From Clostridia bacterium (GTDB lineage: Bacteria; Bacillota; Clostridia; Christensenellales; Borkfalkiaceae), in assembly GCA_017646945.1 (NCBI GenBank), contig JAGCLN010000300.1, forward strand, positions 1 to 24,069: a stretch of 24,069 bases of DNA, given 5' to 3'. Position 1 is the first letter of the stretch. Each line of letters starts with the position of its first letter. The position numbers were made by a program, and so were the translations under genes. The notes under the pieces were generated by a model. The model saw nothing but the letters and a program-made list of their open reading frames with translations. It did no database searches and was not told the origin of the DNA. Shown in pieces: positions 15,235 through 24,069 of the stretch.

Positions 15235-15259
15235 TCAAGGGCGGAAAATCCGCCCTTGA
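15235..15259 (-). terminator. Strong hairpin after the FN3 lipoprotein gene; terminator or mRNA stabiliser
   Basis: TCAAGGGCGGA-TTT-TCCGCCCTTGA, 11-bp perfect stem, followed only by TATTTTC (imperfect U-tract). Confidence 0.6.
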
Positions 15260-15267
15260 GAGTTCTT

Positions 15268-18200
15268 TTAAGCGTTAAGGTTATTGAATTCCTTAGTTAC
15301 CGTAGTAGAAGAAATAATCTTATTGCCGTTACCTTTTGCTCGAATCGTTACCACAAGGTTTTTCTTTTGAGCGTTGTAGTTGTCGATGTAGTTGTTAAGG
15401 TTGATTTGCGGTTGAATAGCGGTAATTGGTTCTTCAAGCGCTACGCCGTTGAACTCAATAACAACTTCGTATTCTACCGCGTTATCAATAGTAGCCCACC
15501 TAAGCATACCTTCTGCAGAAAGGACAATGCTTGATTCGTTGGGTACTGCAAGTAAGATAATGTAGTATTGAGTGTTCTTACCGCCTACCGATTGAGAATC
15601 AAGATAGTAAGTACCTTCTTCGTCAAACGCGCCACCGAGAGCGTAAACTCTTGCTTCGTGTCTACCAACAACGCTCGGGTTGTGTGAGCAAGAAAGTTCT
15701 TTGCTTGTTTGTTCTACACCCGAAATGGTGTAAGAATAACCGCTTGCGTAATCAGATTCTTTAGTGATAGTTGCGATAATTACGCCAGTTTCGCTGTAAG
15801 CATCTTCACTATAAGTAAGTTTGAAGTCAGGGGTGGTGAGTTGCTTAGTCTTTTGAACGAACTTGCAAGCGTCAGAATCGATAGTAGTATAACCACCGTC
15901 ACCGATAGCGATAACTTCGATTGAGTAATCTTTAAGGTCGTCAAACTTAGGCGTATGAGAGTAAGTTTCACCGGTTACGTGAGTGTAAGTTTCTGCAACA
16001 ACGCCGTCAATATAGATAACGTAACTCGTTGCGGAAATAACGCCGTTCCATACGTACTTACCGTTTTCACGGCGAACTTCTGGGGTTTCAAGTTTGTAAA
16101 CGGATACTTGGCTACTCTTTTCAGAGTTGATAAATTCAACGCCGTTACCGATTGCCTTTACGCTAAACGTATAAGTCTTACCGCCTGCAAGAGAGGAAAT
16201 ATCCATAGTAGTACCGTTCTTTTCACCATTGTAAGTAGTGCCGTTAGGATAATAAACTTCGTAAGTAGGCGTATACTTGTTAGCGTTCACGTTAGCAGGC
16301 GCGTTCCAAATCAATTGATTGTTGTTGAACGCAACGTCACCAAACGTGGGCGCGGCAAGTTTAACGAACTTAGTGGTAAGACCTGCCTTTGAAGACATAT
16401 AGTAAATGGTTTTATCAGTATTGAAGTAGTTTGCGATACTTTCCATGTGGATAGTAGTGCCTTCAGTAGTGATATATTGATTCATGTTTTGAATATCTTC
16501 AGCGGGAATAGTTTGACCAGTGCCGTCAAATACTACAACGTAGCTTTGAGCGTGTAATACGCTATCCCAACCGAGAACGCCTTCGGACGCTTCAGAAGTG
16601 TTAATCTTAACGTTTCTAGGTGCTTCAAGGCGAACTACGTTGATTGCGCCTGTATAGTTAGATGCAAGAATTTCTTTGCCGTTACCCTTAGCGCACACTC
16701 TAACGTTGAACGAACCTGCTTCTAAAACGGATAAGTCGTAAGAAGTGTTACCGCTACTGAACTTAGCGCCGTCAACGTTAACAGCGTAACCGTTAGCGCC
16801 GTTAATTTGACCGTATTCATACATATAACCGTCAATAGTAGGCGTAGAAGGTTGAGCGAGAACTTTAACGCCAAAGTTCAAAGACTTAGAAGTTAAAGAA
16901 CTTAAAGTTGCGGTGATAAGACCTTGATGTCTTGTAACGCCACCGAGCGCTTGAATGCTAAAGTTATAGCTTTGTTCTTCGATAACGCTATTGTCAACCA
17001 CGTCAGTTACCACAAATTGAGTGGTTTGTGAAGTTGTAGATGCAACGCTATCTCTATAAAGCTTGTAACCCCTTGCGCCGTTAACTCTTTCAAAGTTTAC
17101 GGTAAAGCCCTTAGAAACGTCATCAGCAGTACTTACAATGAAGTTGCTTGATGCTTGAACGGGAGCAGCAAGTCTAACGATAGTGATTGCGTCAGAGAAC
17201 TTAGATTCATAAGTGTTAGCATCGGTAGTAGTAGCCTTTACTTGAACGGTATAGATACCGGGTTCAAGGTATGCGTTTGCATAACCGTCTTGATCGCCGT
17301 CGAGTTGACTATCAACAGATTGACCGTTAGGGCTTGTTACTCTTACGGTGTAACCTGCGGCGTTCTTAACAAGGTCCCAGTAAATACTCTTCATTGCTTC
17401 GCCTTCGTGTTCAAGAGAATCATTCCATTGTAAAACGGGCGTGGGTAAAATTAAAACGGTTTTAACCGCAGACCAGTCAGAGAAATAGGTTGCGTTATTG
17501 CTAATAGGCATAATTTGAATATCGGTGCTTACGTTTGCGGTTAAGTTGTTAAATTCGCAAGTTGTGTAAATTTCCGACCTTTCAATACCGCCGATTTTAA
17601 GCTTGTAACCGTCTGCGCCACTAACAGCGCCCCATTTAAGTTTACCTTCAACCACTTCGATTTCAGTAACGGTGGGTAAGTACATGAAACTCTTAACGTC
17701 ACTTACCTTGCCGTTGAAAGTAGTAACGCCGTCACCGAGCGCTTTAACTTCAACGGTGAAGTTTTGAGAGTTAGAGTTGTATAAGCATTGAGTACCTTCG
17801 TTTTCAGAAGCAACAACGATGCCGTTTACCTTAACTTCATACTTAGTTGCGCCGTAAACAGCACCCCAAGAAATAGTAGAAGTTACGTTTGAATAAGAGA
17901 CTGTATCTTTGTTAACTTGCGCCAAGATAGTGATAGTCTTAGCATCGCTCCATTCAGAGTATACGGAATTGTTACCAGAAACAACGGGTCTTACTTGAAC
18001 GCTGTGAGTACCAGGTTGAATGCCGTCGTATTCAGTGCCGATAACTTCGGTGGGAACTTCAGTACCATCAATTCTTACCCTATATGCGGTAGCGCCGTCG
18101 ATAACGTTCCAAGTAAGTTTGCCTTCTTGGTCGATACGAACTTCGCTGATTTTACCGATAGAAGTAAAGTTTTGAGTAGCAACGCCTTCGCTAGCAACCT

Positions 18201-18471
18201 TTTCAGACTTGTTAGTAGCGGTAATAGTTACCGTAAAGTCTGCGCCGTTTGCCTTGAAATAGTAACTGTTAGTATTGATGGTGAAGGAATCGCCACCGTT
18301 AATACTAATCTTGTACTGGTCAGCGTTTTCTACTGAGTTCCAAGTGATTGTAGTGCCGTCGTACCTGATGTTAGTAGGCGCATCAAGTTCAAGACCTTTA
18401 CAACCAGTTAAACCCATCATTAGCGTCAATCCAAGAATTGTCGCTAATACTGTAAGTAAAAGTTTTCTCAT
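15268..18471 (-). CDS. Large lipoprotein of ~12 tandem fibronectin type III-like beta-sandwich domains (start reassigned to MRKLLL; 1067 aa)
   Basis: AGGAG SD 7 nt before the ATG at 18471; signal peptide ending LTGC (lipobox); recurring LxxP...W..V..A..Y.V.I(N/D)G pattern every ~85-100 aa, 12 counted. Confidence 0.75.
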   Translation of the reverse strand: MRKLLLTVLATILGLTLMMGLTGCKGLELDAPTNIRYDGTTITWNSVENADQYKISINGGDSFTINTNSYYFKANGADFTVTITATNKSEKVASEGVATQNFTSIGKISEVRIDQEGKLTWNVIDGATAYRVRIDGTEVPTEVIGTEYDGIQPGTHSVQVRPVVSGNNSVYSEWSDAKTITILAQVNKDTVSYSNVTSTISWGAVYGATKYEVKVNGIVVASENEGTQCLYNSNSQNFTVEVKALGDGVTTFNGKVSDVKSFMYLPTVTEIEVVEGKLKWGAVSGADGYKLKIGGIERSEIYTTCEFNNLTANVSTDIQIMPISNNATYFSDWSAVKTVLILPTPVLQWNDSLEHEGEAMKSIYWDLVKNAAGYTVRVTSPNGQSVDSQLDGDQDGYANAYLEPGIYTVQVKATTTDANTYESKFSDAITIVRLAAPVQASSNFIVSTADDVSKGFTVNFERVNGARGYKLYRDSVASTTSQTTQFVVTDVVDNSVIEEQSYNFSIQALGGVTRHQGLITATLSSLTSKSLNFGVKVLAQPSTPTIDGYMYEYGQINGANGYAVNVDGAKFSSGNTSYDLSVLEAGSFNVRVCAKGNGKEILASNYTGAINVVRLEAPRNVKINTSEASEGVLGWDSVLHAQSYVVVFDGTGQTIPAEDIQNMNQYITTEGTTIHMESIANYFNTDKTIYYMSSKAGLTTKFVKLAAPTFGDVAFNNNQLIWNAPANVNANKYTPTYEVYYPNGTTYNGEKNGTTMDISSLAGGKTYTFSVKAIGNGVEFINSEKSSQVSVYKLETPEVRRENGKYVWNGVISATSYVIYIDGVVAETYTHVTGETYSHTPKFDDLKDYSIEVIAIGDGGYTTIDSDACKFVQKTKQLTTPDFKLTYSEDAYSETGVIIATITKESDYASGYSYTISGVEQTSKELSCSHNPSVVGRHEARVYALGGAFDEEGTYYLDSQSVGGKNTQYYIILLAVPNESSIVLSAEGMLRWATIDNAVEYEVVIEFNGVALEEPITAIQPQINLNNYIDNYNAQKKNLVVTIRAKGNGNKIISSTTVTKEFNNLNA

Positions 18472-18518
18472 AGTTTTTCTCCTATTATATATTGAGCAAG
18501 TGTTACCCTGCATATATT

Positions 18519-21500
18519 TTAGTTAGATTTTTCACCTATAGTGAAATTATTAGTTTTTAAAACTAAGCTTTCTTGGGTTGGTTCCGCGCCGTTAATCTTA
18601 CAATCATAAGTGTAGAAGCTAATAGACGAGGAACCGTTATCGGTAGTAACGCTACCCATAAATACGCCTGTGTCGAATTCGCCTGTAACGTTACCCGTGT
18701 TATGAATTTCGTTCATACTGATAAGAACTGAACCGTTGTTGCCGCTACCCCAAGTAGTAGTATAAATTTCACCTACGATAGAGCCTACGGTTGTGTGACC
18801 GGTAACGCTACCGCTGTTAGTTATATTCGTGAACAAAGTGGTGTTAACGGCGCTGTTATAAGCTTGGTCCCAACCTTCGTAGAATCTACCGATAATACCG
18901 CCCGTATAGTCCTCACCGCGCACTTCACCGCTGTTTACAAGATTGCTTACCGTACGAGCGCCCGTCGTAGAAACGTTACCAACTAAACCGCCAACGAAAC
19001 TTGATTCTTCAGCAGTAATATCGCCAGAGTTTGAACTGTTTTGAATTTCTAAAGTAAGACCGCCGGCAATACCACCAACGTAAGAACCGCCCTTAGTGTA
19101 AGTAATATTTATCTCGTTGTTACAGCCTGAAACGAAATATCCAAGGCCAACGTAACCGCCAACGTAACCGTAATGAGCAGTTCCGTCAAGTAAATAGTTA
19201 GTTGCGTTAACTGAAGATTTTTCGTTAGAACAGTCAATCATTCTAATATTTTGAAGTCTACCTGCCAAACCGCCGATATACGCTTCCGCAGTAATAACCG
19301 CCGTGCTTGAACAGCATTCAAACCTAGAAGAACCGTTATCAGAGTACGCATGACCGATTACGCCACCAACGTAATACTTGCCAGTAACGTTACCTGTGTT
19401 TTTTAACTCGTTCATATTAACTAAAACTGAACCGTTTGAACCGCTACCCCAAGTTTCTGCGTGAAGTTCGCCGATAACGCCTGCAACGTATTCAACGCCG
19501 ATAACTTCACCGCTGTTTGTTGAAGATAAAACGTTTAAAGTACGAGTTGCGTTGTCATACCCTTGATCAAAACCGTCGTAAACTCTACCTATAATACCGC
19601 CTACTCTGTTTTTACCTTGAACTTTACCGCTGTTAGAAAGCTCTCTAAGTTCGTAACCGCCACTGCAAGCCAAGTCACCAACTAAACCGCCAACGTAAGA
19701 TGAGTTAATTGCGGTAATATTTGCAGTATTTGAACAATCTTGAATGATATTTAAAAGTCTACCTGCGATACCGCCTACGTAAATACCGTTTTTCGTATAG
19801 GTAATTTCAACGGCGTTATTACAGCCGGAAACGGAATATCCGTAACCAACGTAACCGCCAACGTAACCGTAATAGGTCGTTCCGTCAAGAACGTAACCGG
19901 TTGCCGTTACGGTTGAACCTTCGTTAGAAGAATCAAGAAGTTTAACGTTTTCAAGTCTACCTGCCAAACCGCCTACGTACGCTTCCGCAGTAATATTTGC
20001 CTTACTTGAACTGCTGGTTATTGAAGAAGCACCGTCATCTGAATACGCTTTACCCAATAAACCGCCAACGTAATTTACACCGGTAACGTTACCCGTGTTT
20101 TTAAGTACGTTTGCATTGATGATAACTGAACCGTTCGAACCGCTACCCCAAGTGCTTGCGCTTACGTTACCCATAATACCACCTACGTGGTTATTACCAA
20201 TAACTTCACCGCTGTTTGTTAAAGTTAAAAGCCTTACGGTGTGAGCTGCGTTGTTATACCCTTGATCAAACCCGTCGTAAAGTTCGCCGATAATACCGCC
20301 TACTATGTTACTACCTTGAACTTTACCGGTATTAGTAAGCACGGCAACTTCGTATCCGCCGGCGCAACTAAGTTGACCTACCAAGCCACCAACGTAACTT
20401 GAATTTTTAGCAATTATATCGCCGTTGTTTACGCACGCTTTTATCGGGTTTGTAAGTCTACCTGCAATACCGCCTACGAATTGACCTTTTTGCGTGTAAG
20501 TAATATCAACGTCGTTAACTAAGTTTTCAGCGTAGTAACCGTTACCAACGTAACCGCCAACGTAACCGTAATAAGTAGTTCCATCAAGAACGTAACCTGT
20601 TGCAGTTACGGTTGAACCTTCGTTAGAACAATCAACTATTTTAATATAGTCGAGTTGACCTGCAAGACCGCCTACGTACGCTTCCGCCTCCACGTCTGCC
20701 TCGCAGATTGAATTATTGATTGAAGATGAACCGTTATCCGAGTAAGCGTAACCGAAAAGACCGCCTACGTAATTCTTACCAGTGATATCTCCCGTGTTTT
20801 TAACGTTAGTTACGGTTAAGATAACGCCACCGTTATTACCGCTACCGTCGGTATAAGTAGTCATATAACCCATAATACCGCCAACGTATTTTTCGCCAGT
20901 TACAACGCCGTAGTTTTCAACGTTAGAAATTTTAAGGTTGTGAACGGCGTTATTGTAGCCTTGCGACCAAACGTCTTTAAAGTAACCGTAAATACCGCCA
21001 ACTCTTTCCTTGCCGTTAACTTCGCCATAGTTAGCCATCTTAGCCATTATGGTAAGAGCGCCTGACTTAGAGAAGTGACCAACGATACCTGCCGTTGCAT
21101 ATTCACCGGTTATAGTACCATAGTTATAAACTTCTTCATAGCCGATGGCAGTTGCAAAGCCGATAATACCGCCCGCATATTTCTTCATAGAAATTGCGCC
21201 GTAGTTTTCTGCTCCGCTAATAGTACCGCCTGCAAGTTGACCAGCAATACCGCCTGCTGAAATATGTTCTTCATAAGAGTTAGAAGACACGTTTGCGCGG
21301 TTGATACAATCTTTAATCGTTCCCGTAGAATAACCTACTAAACCACCTATTCTACAGAAGTCACCTTTTACGCTACCCGTTACGATAACGTTTTCTAACG
21401 TGCCCGTAAGTTCAGCGCACACACCGCCAACGTATACTGAATTGTACGAAGTGCTTGTGATATTTACGCCGAACGTAATATTTTTAATAGTTCCCGTTAC

Positions 21501-23636
21501 TTTACTGAAAATACCAAGGTTTCCAGTAGAAGTAGTGAGTTCAAAGTTAATGATTGAAAGCCCGCTACCGTTGAACGTGCCTTTAAATTCAAACGGAACC
21601 CAAGTGCCTTGATAATCACTCATATCAATATCGGCAACTAAAACGTAATCGCCAGTCGGGTTCTTAGCCATATCGGCAAAGGTTTGGCTATCGTAAACGA
21701 AAATGCTATTCGGGTCTTCAACAACTAAGTACGCTACGAGCATTACGTTAGACGTTTTATCCCAAACGTTATTACCAACGCCGTTTCCGTCAGTTATAAC
21801 TTTATCGTTAAATTTCCAACCGATAAATCTATAACCAGGCTTGCTTGCAACCGGTAATACGTAATTTTCGCCGTAAGTTACCTGAACTGAAGTTTCATCA
21901 CAACTTACACCGTCGCCAACGATTAAATTTACCGTATAAACGTTTGCGCTATACTTTGCGTCAATATAAAAGTAAGACGCGCCCATCGTAAACTCGTAAG
22001 TATCGCTACCTTCTAATAAATTGCCGTTAAAATACCAACCATCCAAAGTGTAGCCTGGGTTAACCGTTGCTTTAAGGGTTACGGTTTCGCCTTCTAAATA
22101 ATAATCGTTTACCTTAACTTCGCCTGCCTTTGACAAGTTAACGTTAACGTTAACGTAAAGTTTTTGTTTGTATTTTGCAAATAAAGTAATTTCCTTTTCT
22201 TCAAACGCGCACGGAGCAACGCTATTGCCGTCAGCATCTGCAATCATGTTAGCATTAGCGCCAACACCGTCAAACCAACCCAAGAACACGAATTCAGGAG
22301 TGGTTGGGATAGGCAAGGTATAATCTTCGCCGTATCTAACGGTTTTAGAAGTGGGAACTACTGAACCTTCGGTTGTTGTTAAGTAAATCTTTTTCTCTTC
22401 GCCTTGGTATTTAGCGTATAAATGCTCGATACCATAAGTGCCTGCTTCAAACTTTTCGTAAGACTCGCCCGTAAACTCGGGATTTACATACCAGCCTACG
22501 AAAGAGTAATTCTTTTTAGTGGGAACTGCAAAAACAACCTCGTCTTCAATCGTATAATCGTAAGACGACGCGTCACACTCACCGCCGTTTGCGTGAAGGA
22601 TAACGGTATAAGTTATCATATCCCATCTTGCATAGAACTTAGTGTAACCGGTTGAGTATAAAACGCTTTCAACAGGGTAACCCGTTAAGAGTTTGTTAGT
22701 AAACCAACCCATAAATTGATAGCCGTTTTTACCAGTAAGTTCCTCAAGAACTAACGGCTCGGTATCGTATACTCTCTCTTCGGTAGGTTCTTCGGTAATA
22801 CCGTCGTAGAACTCTAAAACCTTGTAGCGTTTCCACCAAGCGTAAAGGCGGATATCGGAAGTAATCGCGCTACCGTCATACTCAACGTATTGATTATCGT
22901 ATAACGACCAACCGATAAGTTCCTTAGAACCATCGTCAATCGGCGCGAAAGTTTCTTCGGGGATAGTTTCACCGTTAACAACGTCTATCGTTTCTTCACG
23001 ATAAGTGCCGTCGTTGTAAACGAGAGTTACGGTGTGCTTTTGAATTTCGTATCTTGCTTCAAGCACAACTTCTTTTCCGCCACCTTGAGCGTTCGTAATA
23101 GTATAAACACTATCGGTGAACATATATTTATCTTGCTCTACTAAACTGCCGTTCGAAATTTGAACGCCGTTGCAGAACCAACCGATAAAATCGTAACCCG
23201 TGCGCGTTGCGGTGGGGAGTATGCCAACGTTAGTATTGTAAATAACGTTTCTCGTTTCTTCGGTGGTAGTACCTTCACCCGCATCAAACCTAAACTTGTA
23301 AGTTGCCGGTGCCCAATGCATCCACAACGTCATATCCCTATCGAAAACGATAATGCTTTCGCCGTATTTATTGAAAATTTGATTGCCTGCGCCGTTGGGT
23401 GCATCGTACATACCTAAGAACTCAAAGTGAGTGCGCTTAGGAAGAACGCCGAACGAGAAAGTTTCGCCCTTATCAACGTACATAGTCATAGGCGCAGCGC
23501 CTTCGTATCTATAATAAGTGATGGTAACTTCGCTTGAACCACCGTCATCGTCGCCACCACAAGCGGTAAGTACGCCACAGAACAACGAGCATACGAGCAT
23601 TACCGCTATTATAATCAATAGTTTAAATTTCTTCAC
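18519..23636 (-). CDS. Very large lipoprotein: ~8 Listeria-Bacteroides (InlB B-repeat/Flg_new-like) domains followed by a GLUG-type beta-solenoid (start reassigned to GTG, MKKFKLL; 1705 aa)
   Basis: AAGGAG 9 nt before GTG at 23636; lipobox LTAC. Repeated Y.V....NGG...P.(R/K).GY.F.GW...LYA.W domains to ~21725, then the cap YVLVADIDMS..W.P.EFKGTFNG and many YVGG(I/L).G rungs. Confidence 0.8.
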   Translation of the reverse strand: MKKFKLLIIIAVMLVCSLFCGVLTACGGDDDGGSSEVTITYYRYEGAAPMTMYVDKGETFSFGVLPKRTHFEFLGMYDAPNGAGNQIFNKYGESIIVFDRDMTLWMHWAPATYKFRFDAGEGTTTEETRNVIYNTNVGILPTATRTGYDFIGWFCNGVQISNGSLVEQDKYMFTDSVYTITNAQGGGKEVVLEARYEIQKHTVTLVYNDGTYREETIDVVNGETIPEETFAPIDDGSKELIGWSLYDNQYVEYDGSAITSDIRLYAWWKRYKVLEFYDGITEEPTEERVYDTEPLVLEELTGKNGYQFMGWFTNKLLTGYPVESVLYSTGYTKFYARWDMITYTVILHANGGECDASSYDYTIEDEVVFAVPTKKNYSFVGWYVNPEFTGESYEKFEAGTYGIEHLYAKYQGEEKKIYLTTTEGSVVPTSKTVRYGEDYTLPIPTTPEFVFLGWFDGVGANANMIADADGNSVAPCAFEEKEITLFAKYKQKLYVNVNVNLSKAGEVKVNDYYLEGETVTLKATVNPGYTLDGWYFNGNLLEGSDTYEFTMGASYFYIDAKYSANVYTVNLIVGDGVSCDETSVQVTYGENYVLPVASKPGYRFIGWKFNDKVITDGNGVGNNVWDKTSNVMLVAYLVVEDPNSIFVYDSQTFADMAKNPTGDYVLVADIDMSDYQGTWVPFEFKGTFNGSGLSIINFELTTSTGNLGIFSKVTGTIKNITFGVNITSTSYNSVYVGGVCAELTGTLENVIVTGSVKGDFCRIGGLVGYSTGTIKDCINRANVSSNSYEEHISAGGIAGQLAGGTISGAENYGAISMKKYAGGIIGFATAIGYEEVYNYGTITGEYATAGIVGHFSKSGALTIMAKMANYGEVNGKERVGGIYGYFKDVWSQGYNNAVHNLKISNVENYGVVTGEKYVGGIMGYMTTYTDGSGNNGGVILTVTNVKNTGDITGKNYVGGLFGYAYSDNGSSSINNSICEADVEAEAYVGGLAGQLDYIKIVDCSNEGSTVTATGYVLDGTTYYGYVGGYVGNGYYAENLVNDVDITYTQKGQFVGGIAGRLTNPIKACVNNGDIIAKNSSYVGGLVGQLSCAGGYEVAVLTNTGKVQGSNIVGGIIGELYDGFDQGYNNAAHTVRLLTLTNSGEVIGNNHVGGIMGNVSASTWGSGSNGSVIINANVLKNTGNVTGVNYVGGLLGKAYSDDGASSITSSSSKANITAEAYVGGLAGRLENVKLLDSSNEGSTVTATGYVLDGTTYYGYVGGYVGYGYSVSGCNNAVEITYTKNGIYVGGIAGRLLNIIQDCSNTANITAINSSYVGGLVGDLACSGGYELRELSNSGKVQGKNRVGGIIGRVYDGFDQGYDNATRTLNVLSSTNSGEVIGVEYVAGVIGELHAETWGSGSNGSVLVNMNELKNTGNVTGKYYVGGVIGHAYSDNGSSRFECCSSTAVITAEAYIGGLAGRLQNIRMIDCSNEKSSVNATNYLLDGTAHYGYVGGYVGLGYFVSGCNNEINITYTKGGSYVGGIAGGLTLEIQNSSNSGDITAEESSFVGGLVGNVSTTGARTVSNLVNSGEVRGEDYTGGIIGRFYEGWDQAYNSAVNTTLFTNITNSGSVTGHTTVGSIVGEIYTTTWGSGNNGSVLISMNEIHNTGNVTGEFDTGVFMGSVTTDNGSSSISFYTYDCKINGAEPTQESLVLKTNNFTIGEKSN
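18560..21130 (-). repeat. Intragenic tandem super-repeat, period 699 bp (233 aa), ~3.5-4 copies
   Basis: The anchor (A/V)(Y/T)(S/T)D(N/D)G(S/A)S falls at 20731, 20032, 19333 and 18634, exactly 699 bp apart; adjacent copies share long near-identical DNA, e.g. 20551-20636 vs 19852-19937. Confidence 0.9.
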
Positions 23637-24069
23637 TACCGCCATCTCCTTCATTTTCATTACCTGGTTCGGGTTGTACCGGCGCTTCTTCATAGAGCGC
23701 GTATAAGTGGATATCTTTATCTATCGTGATAAGCGAATATCCGCTTGCCGTAACGTACATATCCCCGCCTAATTGAGTTTTGAATAAGCCCTTGAACACC
23801 CAACCGTCTTTTTGAACTTTGGACGGAAGAGTTATGCTACCCGGGTTTTCAACTTCGAATAAGTCGTAGCCCCAACCGGCGATGCCGTTGATAGTCCAGT
23901 TAAGGTCTTCACGAATATAGTAAACGTCAAAATCGTCCGCTTCGTCAGCGTTCGCGTTGTTCCAATGGATGGTAACTTTGTGAGTGTACTTTCCCGCTTG
24001 TTCTTCTATATAATCGTCAGTCATAGAACCGAACTTGCCATCGCCCCACGTACCGCCGATAAAAAAGCC
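23623..24069 (-). CDS. 3' end of an upstream secreted-type protein ending in a B-repeat-like domain; 5' end outside the window
   Basis: Frame open to the window edge (GFFIGGTWGDGKFGS precedes the track's Met). KDGWVFKGLF...GGDMYV...IDKDIHLYALYE resembles the first B-repeat of the next gene. The stop overlaps the next start by 14 nt. Confidence 0.7.
   Translation of the reverse strand, partial: GFFIGGTWGDGKFGSMTDDYIEEQAGKYTHKVTIHWNNANADEADDFDVYYIREDLNWTINGIAGWGYDLFEVENPGSITLPSKVQKDGWVFKGLFKTQLGGDMYVTASGYSLITIDKDIHLYALYEEAPVQPEPGNENEGDGGSEEI

Noticed and set aside
18560-21130. Diversity-generating retroelement TR/VR pair
   Set aside because: In the segment compared, differences between copies are not adenine-specific and are mostly synonymous; no reverse transcriptase is present in the window.
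18519-21724. M26 (IgA1 protease/Zmp) metallopeptidase call for the GLUG-containing protein
   Set aside because: Only the solenoid repeats are present; I see no HExxH catalytic domain before the stop.
13054-23693. Track start codons at 13077 (rlmH), 13988 (CPBP), 18513 (FN3) and 23693 (GLUG protein)
   Set aside because: Downstream starts fit better: TAATG coupling at 13053, promoter geometry at 13970, and SD plus normal-length signal peptides at 18471 and 23636.
1720-23706. The many short ORFs (60-145 aa) antisense to or out of frame within the long genes
   Set aside because: They lie inside well-supported genes, lack SDs and recognisable motifs, and are the expected shadow ORFs.
1-24069. 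CRISPR array, IS element, prophage or alternative genetic code
   Set aside because: No spaced direct repeats and no transposase, integrase or phage genes; TGA, TAA and TAG all end conserved genes at the expected positions.

Overview
A ~24 kb chromosomal window in which every credible gene lies on the minus strand. Gene content (lipoproteins, sigma-A-type promoters, a sporulation gene) points to a low-GC, probably spore-forming Clostridia-like bacterium; this is inference. In the direction of transcription (right to left) it holds: (1) an operon of very large surface proteins: a partial B-repeat protein, an 8x B-repeat plus GLUG-type beta-solenoid lipoprotein with an exact 699-bp super-repeat, and a 12x FN3-like lipoprotein, followed by an HExxH membrane protein; (2) a ylmC/ymxH-family sporulation gene; (3) a CPBP protease-rlmH-tadA operon; (4) prs; (5) a GH2 hydrolase; (6) a DedA/TVP38-acyltransferase fusion; (7) a polyamine locus with an XRE-cupin regulator, potABCD with atypical PotA and PotD, and agmatine deiminase. 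Non-coding points of interest are two long imperfect hairpins starting right after stop codons, a tandem operator shared by two polyamine promoters, three apparently leaderless genes, and strong GATC scarcity. I saw no rRNA, tRNA, CRISPR array, transposase, integrase or reverse transcriptase. All family calls come from motif recognition by eye; no searches were run.
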